A stretch of 64,000 bases of DNA, from positions 1-64,000 of the forward strand of contig JAVKOQ020000085.1 of assembly GCA_031835245.2 (NCBI GenBank), in the 5' to 3' direction. The translations under genes and the position numbers were made by a program. Below, piece by piece: positions 11,744 through 24,530 of this stretch. The notes under the pieces are model-generated. The model saw nothing but the letters and a program-made list of their open reading frames with translations, had not been told where the DNA came from and made no database searches. The first letter of the stretch is position 1, and each line of letters opens with the position of its first letter. Source of the stretch: Balamuthia mandrillaris (taxonomy: Eukaryota).

Positions 11744-14700
11744 TCAAGATTCCTCTTGAGAAGAAACGTCCCCCTCGCCCCTCTCATCTCCGCTCTCATC
11801 CATCATCATCATCCGCCACGCAAACTTCCACACCGAGCTGGAATAGTGATGAGGATGATGCGCATTCGCCTCCTCCTCCGCCTCGCTTAAGCTCTCCTCC
11901 AACTCGAACTTGGCCATCTTCAGCTCCTGCAGCCGTTCCACGCTGCTTCGTATCGTGTCCTCCACCTCCTTCCTCTCCACATCCTCCAGCATGCTGGTTT
12001 GGCCGAGCTGCTCGCAGACGTCCAGCAGGCTCTGCGCGTTGATTATCTGCGCCTCCTCCCGCTTGATCTGCCCGCTCAGCCGCCGAAGGTAACGCTCCCG
12101 AAGTGCCTTTTCTTGTTCCTGCATCTGAGCGGTCAACCTCTCAGCAAACACCGTAAACTGCTGCGTGAAGAGGAAGCGCCGCATGAAGGCATAGTACTGC
12201 GCCGGCGGAAAGAGCTCCAGGAGGCTTTCTAGATTCTCCTTGCTGGCAAAGTCAAAGACGTAAGAAGAGGAGGAAGAGGAGGATGGAGACAGAGGAGTGG
12301 AAGCGGTGAAGAAAGAGCAAGACGGGGAAGAAGTGGTGATGATACACTCGATGAGAAAGTTTTGGTAGTGAGCAATTTCGCCGAGCATGGCTCGGACAAG
12401 CTCCAACTCTTCCTCTTTCGTCTTGTGCGGGTGCAGCAACACGTTTGCTCGTATCTGATTGGGAGTGAGGGTGTTTTCGTGGTTATGGTTGTCGTTGTTG
12501 TTTGCATGATTATTGCTATTGGAGGGGTTATTGTTATTGTGGTGATTGGAGAGAGTGTCACGACGAGCGGGCAACGTGGTGGAGGAGGAAGCAACGTTTT
12601 TGTTGTGTCTGCTGCTTGATTGGTCCCATGTCTCCGCTCTGCCCGTTCGATGACGGATGGATGGAGAAGAGGAAGGTGGAGGAGATGTGGAGAGAGGAGA
12701 TGAGGAAGAAGGAGAAGCAGACGAAGGAGAAGGAGAGGAAGAAGTAGGAGCACCGTTGCCCTGAGGAGCAGCGGAAGCAGAAGATAGAGTAAACCGTCTG
12801 AGCGGTTGTTGTGTTTGTTGCTGGATGCTGTTTGATCGCTTGCGAAGGAGGAGAGACGAGGATAAAGAGGGAGATGAAGACAAGATGCCCTTGCGATACT
12901 GCCTCTGCAGCTGCTTGATGGCGTCCACACTCTGCCGCTCATCCTCCGAAAATTCGTTGTTCCTATGCCTATTTACAATGCGAACGTAAAGTTCTTCCAT
13001 GGCAGCATCCTTTGTCCACATTGGGGCAATTCCCTCTGCGGCCGTTCCTGAGGTGGAAGGAAAGGAAGGAGAAGATGGAGTAGTATGAGCAGAGAAAATA
13101 GCGGCTGAGCTGCCACGACGTAACACTGGCGAGGAAGGGGGAGAATTCAGTGCAAGGGCTGAAGAGGAGGTGGAAGAAGAAAGCTTAGAGTGGGTGCGCC
13201 GGAGCCGTTCAGACTTGTTGCTTCGTTTGCCCATAGGGTAGAGCAGCCGGTGAAGTGGCCGGAGCTTTTTGATTGTGTGAAAGTTAAAGAAAAGACTGCC
13301 AAGATATAGAGAAGATTAGCAGACCAATAAGCAAAAAGAACTAAAGAAAAAAACTGTTTTAAAAAGGATATAATTCATCTTCCATGGGCAGAGGAGGAAG
13401 TTCTATCCGAGGATAAATGGTGCCTTGCTCCTCCAGATCAACTATTAAACACTCCCCATCAATGGCTTGCGCCGCCTCGTCAGAGAGGCTTGTAACTCCA
13501 ATTACAAACGGTACTGGAACAAATTATTAGCGTTTCATATCAGAGTTGGGAGCCAGAGAAGAGAAGCGAAGGAGCAGAGAGAAAAGAGAAAGTGGTCGAA
13601 CCTGGTGATTGTACACACTCCTCCAAGCTCTCAGGCAACACTGGAATGAACGGCCCCTGCCACACAAATGGTCGAAGAAGTGGAAGAAAAGAAAGGCTGC
13701 AACAACGCGAACAATCAGCAAAAGAAAAAAGAACAACAAAAGGGGAACGTACACAACGCAGGAGAGCACGCCGAGGTTTTTACAAATAACGATGATCTTA
13801 AACTCCATCATAAGCGCTCGTATCACAGCAATAATATCGGGAAGTGAGAGAAGCCGGAACGTGGCAGCTAAGCACCAGTCTGCAATCAACTCTTCCTCCT
13901 TTCCTTCCTAATGTTTGCATACAGCAACAATGATACCATGGTAAGCAAGACAAATGGCGAAAACAGGAAAGAAAAAGGTTACCGGACAAGTGAACTGAAG
14001 GTGCCGCAGCTCACCCGGAAGTGTAAACGTCCATTCTTTCCACGATACAGCCGTACTATAATATGCTTTTAACAGCTTTGCGCTTTGGGTTTCCTTTGAA
14101 TGCTTGGTGCTGCTATCCCTGGTTGATCCTATACGACTCCCTTCCCTGCTTTGCGGAGAACTTGAGAGCGAAGCTTCGTTGCTGCTGCTAATGCTGCTGT
14201 TGCGACTACTATTGTCAGTATTGCTGCCGCTCATTTTTGCTCTCTTCTCTTCGGCTAATTGCATGAGTGCTTCTGCACATAGGATGCCTTCTCCCCAAGT
14301 ATCCTCTTCCGGTTCAACTCCCCCCGCCTTATTTGTGTGTGCTTCTTTTCTTTTGTTGTCCTTTCTATCATCTCTGGGAGAGGCCACCAAACGAGGATCC
14401 TTTTGCTCCTCTTCTTCCTTCACTGTTTTTGTCGTTCTTGTTGTGTTGGCTGTTGGTGTTCCCTCTTCATCGTCATCATTTTCGCTGGTTCGACTGCTGT
14501 CGCTGCTCTCCCAGTCTGAAAGAGAGCTTTCATCCTCCGTGTCCATCGCTACCAACCTCTCATCCTCGCTGTCTAGATTAAACGTGGACTCAGTTTCGCT
14601 GTAATCCGAGTGAGAACTTTGTTGCTCTGCCAAGTCTTGAATTGTGTTGTTGTTGTTGTTGGATAAAGAGGTAGAGAGATCAAGTTTGGCGGTTTGTTGC

Positions 14701-16748
14701 TGTTTGCGAGATTTCCGTTGCTGTTCTTTAAGGGCTTCTTTCTTCTTGAGCTCTTTCTTCTTTCGTTTTTTAAGATCTTCTTTCCGTTTGTCCACTCGCT
14801 CTTTCAACTTTGTTGTCGATAAAGTGCTCTCTGAGTTAGATTTCTTTTTCTCGTTCTTCTCTCTCTTCTTTTTCTTCTCCTTATGCTGTTTGGTTTTTGA
14901 TTTGTTTCTGTGCTCTTCTGATTCGGCTTCTTTTGTGCTCTTATTATTGTTGTTTTCTTGCCGTTCTTTCTTTGCCTTTTCATCTTTATCTCTTGCAACA
15001 ACATTCGAAGCAGCCCCTTTACGATTATCTTCTGTTCGTTCCGTTTGTTCAGGTTTTCGAGAAGTTGCATTTGTCTTTGGTTGCTTGGAATCCTCTTCTT
15101 TGTTGCTGTTCTTTTGCCGAGATACAGAAGAGGCTGCAACGGTTTGAGTTGTTTCGCTCAAGATCGAGGATTTATCATCCTTTAACGCGTGAGAAGTTTG
15201 AGGTGCCTTTGTTATAGCAGTAGTTCTAATCGTTGAACCGTTGTTCTTTTTTTGAAGCTCATATTCTGTGTATGTTGTTGCTGCACCCATTCTTTCATGT
15301 TTCTTTGTTTCGAAGAGCTCCTCTTCTTCGGTTTCATCGTCTCTTGCTTTCTGTTCTAGTAGCACAACTTCCTCACTATGTTTAGGCACCCGCGCAACTT
15401 TACTTTTGCTAAGTCCTCGTTTCAAAGTGGAAAACCATCCTTCCTTTCCTTTCTTTGAAGAAGCAACTTCTGTGTTAACTTTCGGCCGATTGTTCTCTCT
15501 AGGATTCCGAATGATTTCTTTCTTGGCGATGGAGATTTCAGAAGAAGAAACTGAGGGCGAGTTTACACTGGTCTTGTTTGAAGCAGGCAACGCAGACAGA
15601 GAAGAAGAAGCAGAAGCAGAAGTAGATGAAGAAGAAGACGAAGAAGCAGAAGCAGAAGGGGCAGGGGCAGGGGCAGGGGTTGCAGACACAATGGCAATCC
15701 GTTTCTTTGTTTTGGTGTCGTTATTGTGGGCATTTTGAGAGGGTTCAGTTGATGATGTGGATGGAAATGAGGGTGTTGGGGCTTCGGATTGTTTCATCAC
15801 TTCTAAAACACGGCTTTCCAATGAGTGAAGCCTCTCCGTGGCTATAAACACGAGGCGAAAAACATCAGAGTTTATGAGAGGAGAAAAGAATACGTGAGAT
15901 AGAGACCAACAAACTACATAAAAACAACAGAACTAAGAAGAACAAGGCGATAAAATAGATCAACGTACCCAAAATACTGTACAAGACCTGAAAATGGAGC
16001 TTGAAGAAGGGAAAGCGAGATAGGAAGCAATAGCAACGAGGAGCCACCACATTGTAGTTCTCTTCTTTCAAAGTGCAGGTATAAAATGGCTTTGAAGCAA
16101 AACTTGGTTTATCCTTTTGTATCGTATAAGTACCAAGAACTGCAAGCAAGCAAACGGAGTGGAGACGAGGAGATCAAGAAGTACCGAGAGAAGCTCGAAT
16201 TGGTACACGCAAAACCCGTAGAGCAGGAGGTTGGTGCCGGTCATCACGAAAACGAATGAGTGATTGCTGTCTTCCAATGTCTCGAGGCTCCCGTAAAGAA
16301 CCTCGTTCAGCGTTGTGTCCCGCTCTCTTGCTGGTATCAACCTCGGCTTCACTCCATTCGGAAAACAAAACGAGCCCACCTTTGTTATAGAAACGAGGAC
16401 GACACGAGATGAACGCGAGAAGAGAGAGGAAAGAGTGAGGGAAGAGATAAGAACAGAGAAGCAGAGAAGAGAACGAGAGTAACGAGGAGAAGAGAGAGGA
16501 GAGACAGAGAGACAGAGAAGCAGTGGTGGCATGCAAACCAAGTCGTAGGGCATGGGCGAGTCGGGATAGGTGTAGAGCACAGCGCCGGTGCGTTCCGGGT
16601 CCTCCTTAAAAGTGCAGGTCGCCTCGTCTATCTGCAGCGGAGCGTCCGGAGGGTACCCCACCACCAAAAAGTGATCAAAGAGGGTGCCCTCCCTCGCCGC
16701 TCTTGTGGCCATGCCCAGACTGAAACTCTTTCGTCTTGTTGAGCCACC

Positions 16749-16780
<32 letters not shown>

Positions 16781-17102
16781 GAAATAATAATAAAAACCCA
16801 GAGATGAGATTTACAGATGAGATGAAACGACGTTTGAAGCAAAACAATTGAGATAAGATGAAGCAGATGAGATGAAACGACGTTTGAAAAGAAGAAAGAA
16901 AAAAAGAAGGGGAAGAAAAAACCTTTCTCTCGGGGTGTGAGCATGTTGGGCCAAATCGCTGCATGATTGGCTCTAAAGTGGAGATCATGTTGAGGACGAC
17001 GAAGCAAAGGTGTGAGACAAAGAATTCTTGGGAAACGAAAAAAAAAAAACGAAGAGGAAGGAGGGGGAAGGAAAATACGGAAGGACCTTCATCACGCTTC
17101 AT
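11744..17102 (-). CDS. DENN-domain protein (putative Rab GEF) with a large low-complexity insert and C-terminal coiled coil
   Basis: uDENN LFDHFLVVG...FCFPNG...FVFVMTG..LLYGFC; APRCYCFLSRFPFFKLHF; cDENN ALMMEFKIIVIC...LRPFVWQGPFIPVLP...PFVIGV; dDENN F..TQQF..F. The start is modelled through short exons MKRDEGPS/SQSCSDLAQHAHTPRE/RRKSFSLGM. Confidence 0.85.
13275..13371 (-). other. U12-type (minor spliceosome) AT-AC intron, 97 nt
   Basis: 5'SS ATATCCTTT, branch site TTCTTTAAC, 3'SS CAC. Removal gives in-frame ...LPPLPMEDEL|IKKLRPLHRLLYPMGKR. Confidence 0.9.
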
Positions 17103-18257
17103 CGGCGACACAAAACACAAACTCCAACTTTGAACAAAAAAAAAAGAGCTTTCTTCTGGAACACCTAGGCTAGGCTTGGCAAGAGCAACCCTACCGCTGG
17201 TTGTTTTTCTGTGTTGGTTAAGGTTGGTCGTTTGTTTTCAGGTTTGGGACCCAAACCGAAAAAAAAAAAAAACAAAACAAAACAAAACAAAACAGAGGCT
17301 CCTCAGAGTCACCTTCACCTTCACCCACCTTTACTTTGGCTTCCTTCCTTCCTTCCTTCCTTCCTTCTCTTTTTCCCCTCAAGGCGAACGAGAGAGGCCA
17401 AACAATTGTTTGTATTTTTTTTTTAAGGTTTCCTTTCTCTTTTGGAATGGAATGGAACGGAACGGAAGCCATGGACAGGAGTCAACATGAAGAAGAGAGG
17501 AGGAGGAGGAGCTCAAACCACAAAAAAAAAAACACCCGTTAGACCGTTTAGATCTTCTCCTTTGTTCTTGCAGGAATACACTTTTGCTTGTAAATAAATA
17601 ATTGCCTCACGTTGCACACCGTTCTTTTTCTTCCAGAGGGAGAAAGGCCACTTCTGCCAGCCCGCCCGCCCTCCACTTCCGCTGCTCTAATTTTTTTAAA
17701 ATCCAGGGTAACCAACAAACAAAGAAAAAAAAAAACGAGGGCACCGCCTTCTTCCTTCACGCAACACGAGCCGCCTTCTTGCTTCCCTCCCTCCTTGGGT
17801 TACGCCGCCGACGCTCGAGCGCCTCTGCCTCTCTCTGCTCTTTCTCTCTCTGCTCTCTCTCTCTCTCTCTCTCCTCTCTATTCTCTTGTCGCTCTCTCCT
17901 CTCTCCTGTCTTCGCTCTCGTCTCTGTCCGCAAAATTACGATCTAGATTGTTATGATCAAATGATGTCATAAGATCAAGTGTCCTTTCAAACTCCGAAAT
18001 AATTGGGCCAATCAGCAATCAGTTTTTTCTTTAGCCATCGCCAATGAACTTTGTCCAGCAGAAAGGCGCCTGTTGGGGCAGCTGTTTCCGAGGTGGCGGC
18101 AAATGGACACAATATCTCCGCAACCAAACGAACCGTTTTGGTAAAAAACAGTTAAACTTTGCAAGAGAATTAAAAAAATAGGGAGGTGAGAGAGAGTTGG
18201 AACGCTTCCAGCGGGTGAAAGAAAGAGAAAGGCAATAAAGGAAGAAAATAAAAGAGG

Positions 18258-19470
18258 ATGAGCGTTGCGCGAGTGTTTGTTGTTGCCTTGCTTTCGTTGG
18301 TAGCTACCAGCTTGGCCCTCGAGTCCATCTGGTATGACCCCTCTCAGGGTCTCTCGGAGGCTCAGCTGGCTGCGGGTTACAGCGTGGTTGGACCCAACCT
18401 TGTTTTGAACAAGAACGGCAAGCTCGTTCTCACCCAGGGACAAAGTGCCGGTACGTTTTTTTGCGTCGTTATACAGCAAAAGATATTTTGTTTTTCTCCC
18501 TCTCTTCTACCCAGCTCAGAAACGAAAGATTAGTGAGTTGCTGGAAGTAGACAGAAGATTGAAACGAAGAACGTTAAGAAGGCAACCAGAGGGAATGAAG
18601 AAGCTGTAGCGTGAAAAGAAAGAACAGTGCATCAACTAATCCGACTTCTTTTTCTTCTCCTTTTGTTTTCTTTCGTTCAACCCCACAACTTTGTTCTCCT
18701 CCCTCCTCTTCTTTCCTTTCCTCTTTTATACACAGGTGGCGACTTTGCCATCATCCAATCCGTCACAGGCACTATCTACGGAGAGCCCCTCTGCGTGACC
18801 GTCATCGATCAGGGTGCTGCTGGCTCCGGCTCCATCTCCGGCGTGACCATCAAGAACGTGCAGCGCGACACCCAACTCATCTTCCCCGAGCTGGACGAGG
18901 TCTGCTCCCAGGAGGGCGTCTTCTTTGGCTGCATCAACACGGCCTCCACTCCTGTTGCCGAGCTGCCCCCTGCTGGCGCCATTGCCGGTGACTTCGGTGA
19001 TGAGTTGCAGGTTTCCTATAACTCGTCTAACCCTGGTGCTCCTGACGTTGAGCCTTACTCTGGTATTGTTTTTGTTTTGTTTGCTCTTCATCCTTTGTCA
19101 ATCTGCTCGTTCGCTCCTCTCTCTCTCCCCTCTCTTCTCTCGTCTCTTTGGGCTCTGTTCCTTACTGTTCTTGACCCTCTTTGGCTTTTCAGTCTGGCTG
19201 AGCTGCGGCGAGACTGAGGAGTTCTCCTTTGAGCTCATCTCCACGCTGATGATCAAGGACTCCATCGCCAGGAACAGGAGAAAGTTGGAGGGATTGAAGA
19301 GGAAGGTGGAGTTTGTGCAGAGCGTGCTCTTTGACAATGACGCCTCCTGCGAGGCCATTGGCGTGTTGGTGGACCTGGCCCCCGCTGCCTTGGAGTCCTT
19401 CAAGTTCCTGGACTGCATTGTGACTCGTCACACTCAGGCCAGGGAGTTTTTGGAGGATATTAGCAGATAA
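18258..19470 (+). CDS. Secreted hypothetical protein, 3 exons
   Basis: Signal peptide MSVARVFVVALLSLVATSLA; GT-AG introns near 18451-18735 and 19062-19192 keep frame; strongly C/T-ending codon bias. Confidence 0.75.
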
Positions 19471-19884
19471 AAAAACGATAAAGCAAACAATGAACAACCA
19501 TTGCTTGTTTGAAAATAATACAGGTAGAAAGTAAGTTACAAAAGGCAAGAGAGAAAGTGAGGCAGAGAGGAGGAGAAAGGAGCAAAGAGAAAAACAAACC
19601 CACATTCAAAAAGCTTGCTTGCTGGTCTGTTTGTTTCGTTGAAGAGAGGTATGGTGGGGCTGAGTGGCATGCTATCGTAAGGAGAGTGGTCAGTCCAAGA
19701 ACGCTTGAGGCTTGAAGAGAGAGACTCGAGAGAACAGGCTCGTGGGGAGCAGGCAACCCTGAGCTCGGCTTTCTTCCCTGCCGTTTGCGCTTTTTCTCAT
19801 GTCGACCTTGCCTCGAAAAAAGGAGTTTCCGCTTTCGCTTGTGCCGCTGCTACCGAAAGAGTAGCGAGAGACAACAGGGGGAGC

Positions 19885-22797
19885 ATGGACTACACCGAGC
19901 TTGTCACCACGGCCCAAGGCACGGACTCGGAGTACATCTTCTCCAATGGCAACACCCTGCCCCTGGTGGGTCAGCCCTGGGGCATGACCTCGTGGAGCCC
20001 CCAAACCGCCGATGACCGCTGGTTCTTCACCTACCGAGCCGCCCGCCTGCAAGGCATCCGCGCCACGCACCAGCCTAGCCCTTGGATCGGCGACTACGGC
20101 CACTTTCTCGTCATACCCCAACAAGATGCAGAGGATGCGAGCTCGTTGGAAACGGTGAAGCAAAAGCTTGTCGCGGGGGACGAATATGACAAACGGGCGG
20201 CTACCTTTAGACCGTCACTGTTTCGATGCTTTCTGAAAACACAAAAGATCTCTGTGGAAGTCACCGCCACGGAACGTTGTGGCTTTCTTCGATTTACTTT
20301 TCCCCGGCACACGAAGGAGGATCATCAGCAAAGAGTCGTTTTTCAAGGACTTTGTGGCGAGTCGGAAGTGGGGGTAGACTTTGAAAGAAGACGTGTGAGA
20401 GGTTATACGCGTGGCAACAGTGGTGGCGTGCCACCCAACTTTGCGGCGTACTTTGTGGCAGAGTTTGACACTGCCTTTGCTGAGTTTGTGCCTTTTCTGG
20501 CTGGTGATGACAAACAGGAAGGAGGAGAAGGCGAAGGCGACAGGAAGAGTTGGAAAGGAGAGAGGATGAGTGCGTATGTGGCTGGCTTTGAGAGAAATGA
20601 AGAACAACCCGACTTGGTGGTTACTTGTAAAGTTGCCACTTCGTTTATCAGCTATGAACAAGCGCTCACCAATCTTGCTCTCGAGGTTTGGCTTCGTTCT
20701 ATCTTCGTGTTTCACTCTGTTCTCTTCCCTTCTACCTCTTCATTCTCCACTATATCTTTTCCTTCTTTCACCTTCCTTTACTTCTTCGCTAACCTCATAG
20801 AACGCAGATCGGAGATAAGAGTTGGGATGAAATAGAAAGCGAGTCACGAGCACGATGGAACGAACTCTTGGGACGTGTGACGGTAGTTCCTTTCCAATCA
20901 AAAGAAGGTGAACCGCCATTACCGCTCCCCTCAAAAGCGGAAAAACGAAGGCCACCACCCAAAGATGCTCCTTCCTCTTCCATATCCTCATCTCCAGAAG
21001 AACAAGAAGATAAACAACAAATAGATCGAGGCTTGTATCAACAACGCACGTTCTACTGTGCTCTCTACCGCGCTCTCCTTTTCCCACGCATGTGGTACGA
21101 ATACGAATCTTCCTCTCAACAAACAGAAGAGAGAGAAATCGGAACAACAAAGCCAAGTAGCACGGCGAGAAAACCCATTCACTACAGTCCCTACAACGGC
21201 AAAGTAGAAGAAGGCGTCCTCTACACCGACAACGGCTTTTGGGACACTTATCGCACTGTCTATCCTCTGCTCTCCATTCTGGCTCCCTCTCGCTTGGCCG
21301 AGATGCTGCAGGGATGGACGCGAGCAGCCCTAGAAGGCGACGGATGGTTTCCCAAATGGGCCAGCCCGGGTTTTCGCGATTGCATGATTGGCACTCACAT
21401 CGACGTAGTCATGGCTGATGCTCTGGTCAAAGGTGTCTTTCCCCAAAATGATGTTGACAGTGAAGATGATGGCGATGGAACGAGATCTAAGTTGTTGGAA
21501 GTTGCGTGGAATGCTCTTCTAAAGGACGCTACGGAAGAAGGAGACATTCGTGGTCGATGGGGCAGAAAAGGGGTTGGCAATTATCTCAAACAAGGATGGG
21601 TGGCTTGTGATGACGTAGAGGCAGCCGCGTGCAGAACGATGGACTTTGCTCTGGATGATTTTGCGGTGGCACAAGCGGGGAAGATATTGGGCAAGCCCGA
21701 GGAGGATCGTCGCTTACTCCTTCGGAGATCGCTAAACTACAAGAACACGTTTGACCTTAATGGGGTAGCCATGATGAGGGGGCGTAAGAAGGATGGCTCG
21801 TGGGAGCCGTTTGACCAATTTAGGTGGGGAGGGCCTTATGTAGAAGGATCAGCTTGGCAACATAGTTGGGGTGTTCCTCACGATCCGCAGGTTCGTGCTT
21901 GCTCATGCTTTCTGCCTCCGTCTTCCTTCTTTCATCGTCTGTCTGTTTTACTTATTCATTCTAATATGATTGATGTTAAAATTATAAAGGGCTTGATAGA
22001 GCTGCATGGAGGGAGAGAAGCGTTTTGTGCCAAGTTGGACCAAATGATGAGCATGCAACCTACTTTCACCGTCGGCACTTATGGTTTCGAGATCCACGAA
22101 ATGACCGAGATGGCCGCGGTGGACTTTGGTCAGTACGCTCACTCCAACCAACCGGTCCATCACGTTCTCTACCTGTATACGTGCGCAGGCCAACCATGGA
22201 AAACTCAGTACTGGGTCCGGCGGATCATGGACGAACTTTATGCTCCTACTCCGGATGGGTTGCCTGTAATGACCAATTCCTCTCCGCTCTTTTTCTTCTT
22301 TTGCTTCCTTCCTCGCTTTGTTATTCCTTTTCTTTCTTGTCGTTTCTTTCTTTCTTGTCGTTTCTTTCTTTCTTTTTTAACCTGGTTTACCTTTCTCGTT
22401 TTATTAAAAGGGCGATGAGGACAACGGAGAGATGTCAGCTTGGTTCTTGCTCAACGCGATGGGCTTTTATCCTCTATGTCCGTCCCACCCAACCTACGTT
22501 TTGGGCAGCCCTCTCTTCTCCGAGATGACAATCCATCTCGAAAACGGTAAACAGCTTCATATCATCGCCCACGACAATCATCCTCAAAACGTTTACGTGA
22601 AGCATGTAAGTTGGAACGGACAACGGTTGCCAGGGAGAAGAACGTGGATAACGCACCAAAGTTTGATGGAAGGAGGTCAACTCGAGTTTGAGATGACAAT
22701 CGAAGCGCCTTCTTCTTCTGAAGCAATCGAATGGACAGAGGAAGATCTGCCTTTCTCTGTGAGCAAAGATTTGCGTGATGAACTTACTGTGACTTGA
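19885..22797 (+). CDS. Glycoside hydrolase family 92 alpha-1,2-mannosidase, bacterial-type, with introns
   Basis: Motifs QGT..FSNGNTLP..PWGM, THQPSPWIGDYG, GFWDTYRTVYPL, MIGTHID, YVEGSAWQHSW.VPHD, IHEMTEM, YAHSNQPVHH, and GDEDNGEMSAW (reached across the intron after GLP). Confidence 0.92.
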
Positions 22798-22862
22798 ATG
22801 TATTTTTGCTTTTCTTTTGCTTGTTTTGTTTGTGGCTTGTTTACAGTCATCATTCAAGCGTT

Positions 22863-24174
22863 TCATTTGCGTTTTTTGGTGGCAGGGCGCACTGTGAACA
22901 GGCAGATGGCGCCGTGATGATACCATCGCTCCGCCGACACTCCCTCGTTTCCGGTATGGCTCCAATCCTGGGTTTCTTTGTCGGGCTCAGCGTCCCAAAA
23001 GAACTCTTCCGGCACGATCTCCTCCGGTGCCAAGTGAATGGTGGCCTTTAGGGAGAGACCTTCAAAGGTATAGTCCCCTTCATTATCAAAGCCAATTATC
23101 TCGTCGTGATAACCTAGCTCAACAGTTAAGTCCCCGATTCTTTCAGGTGCACGATGCCAACATCCATGAAGAAGGGCAGGCCGCTGTCACTATCTTGAGA
23201 AGGATTGATTGCCTCTTCCAGAACGTTGTACACGGCACGGTCCCTGCCCTTGAGGCACTGGCAGGATTGAAGGCCAGCGGCGGAGTACTGATGGTCCAGC
23301 ATTAGGGCCAGCCGCTTCGGTGCCGTTTTGTCGTGCTGCGCCATGCTGCCCCACTGCCGCAGAATGGCTCGCAGCCTTCGAATGACGGAGAAGTTTTCAG
23401 GAGCTTGCAACGCGGTATCTCTAGGTTGGGCGGAAGATGGCCGAGTGATCAGATTGTAGACAAGGCAGAGACGATGGCCCTCTGTCACCGGCTTTAGCTC
23501 ATGAGGACAATCCGCATAGAAGGCGGCATATCTGTACTGCAAGTAGGCAGCCCCCTTGCTCAGGTCAAAGGTCTTTGATAGGAAGTCGTGTTTCTTGCTG
23601 CCTGACTGCTGGCGAGGATGATGAACCACCAACTCACCCCCGCGATAGCTGCATGGCAGCTGGACCACCAGGGAGGCGAACATGCCGTCCTGCTTCTCTG
23701 AGTCGCGATGCGGCTTGAAGAATCCCCCCGCCTCGTATAGCAGCAGCTTGTAGAGACGAGCCTCCACTCGGCTGGCGTTTGGGTGCCCCAATTCCTCTGC
23801 GCAGAGCCTGGCCAGCCTTTGCATGGCCTCTCCCCATTCAGGGTTTTGCAAGGTGAAACCTGGTCTAGAGGGTCCTCTTTCCTTTTCTTCCTCTTCTTGG
23901 CAATGAGAGAGTTGCCAGGTATTGCGGTAGGAAGTGTCCACCACGGTCTTGTCGCGCACCCCCAATGGGGCCTGCTCGCATATGGCCTTGAGGGCAGGCA
24001 ACGTGCTGCCCTCGATGAGGGGCAAGGAGATGGGGCCAAGTGTGGGGACGTAGAGGCCGGGTAGCATGGCCAGCTCGTAGCGGTCGCTGATAGCAAAGAC
24101 GCCCTGCTGCACGGACTCCAGTTGCTCAAAGAGGGCCTCTCCCACTGTGATGTGAGTGCGAAAAAGGTTGGTTT

Positions 24175-24238
<64 letters not shown>

Positions 24239-24346
24239 AAGAGATGAATACAGGGTGGTAGGAAGAAGTTAAAAAAATCAAGCCATCACAGACTACCATA
24301 TGATGGATCAAGTTCCTCTTCCTTCTCCTCCTCTTCCTCCTCTTCC

Positions 24347-24378
<32 letters not shown>

Positions 24379-24387
24379 TTCCTCTCC
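22863..24387 (-). pseudogene. 2OG-Fe(II) oxygenase-family gene with a frameshift near 23132-23135 and no evident start codon (pseudogene or assembly error)
   Basis: Motifs LYKLLLYEAGGFFKPHRDSEK..MFASLVVQLP, AAFYADCPHELKPVTEGHRLCLVYNL, LDHQYS, LKGRD. The C-terminal EPD...TGNEG...RWYH block lies in a different frame. Confidence 0.7.
24176..24233. repeat. (AG)n microsatellite, intronic
   Basis: Perfect dinucleotide run. Confidence 0.95.
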
Positions 24388-24530
24388 CTACGTTTTTCTT
24401 TTTTCGATTTTCGGCAGCTATGAATATTTCTGAATTTCGATTGGTCAGTGTAATTTTTTCCAGGAAAATAATTTTAAAAAAAAAACGGTGTAGCAGAGCC
24501 ATTAAAAAAAAAAAACAAGAGAGCCCACTC

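Noticed and set aside
16814..16888. 25-bp direct repeat (also a 26-bp direct repeat at ~36222-36295)
   Set aside because: Only two copies, in intron or UTR sequence. These are local duplications, not CRISPR arrays or transposon ends.
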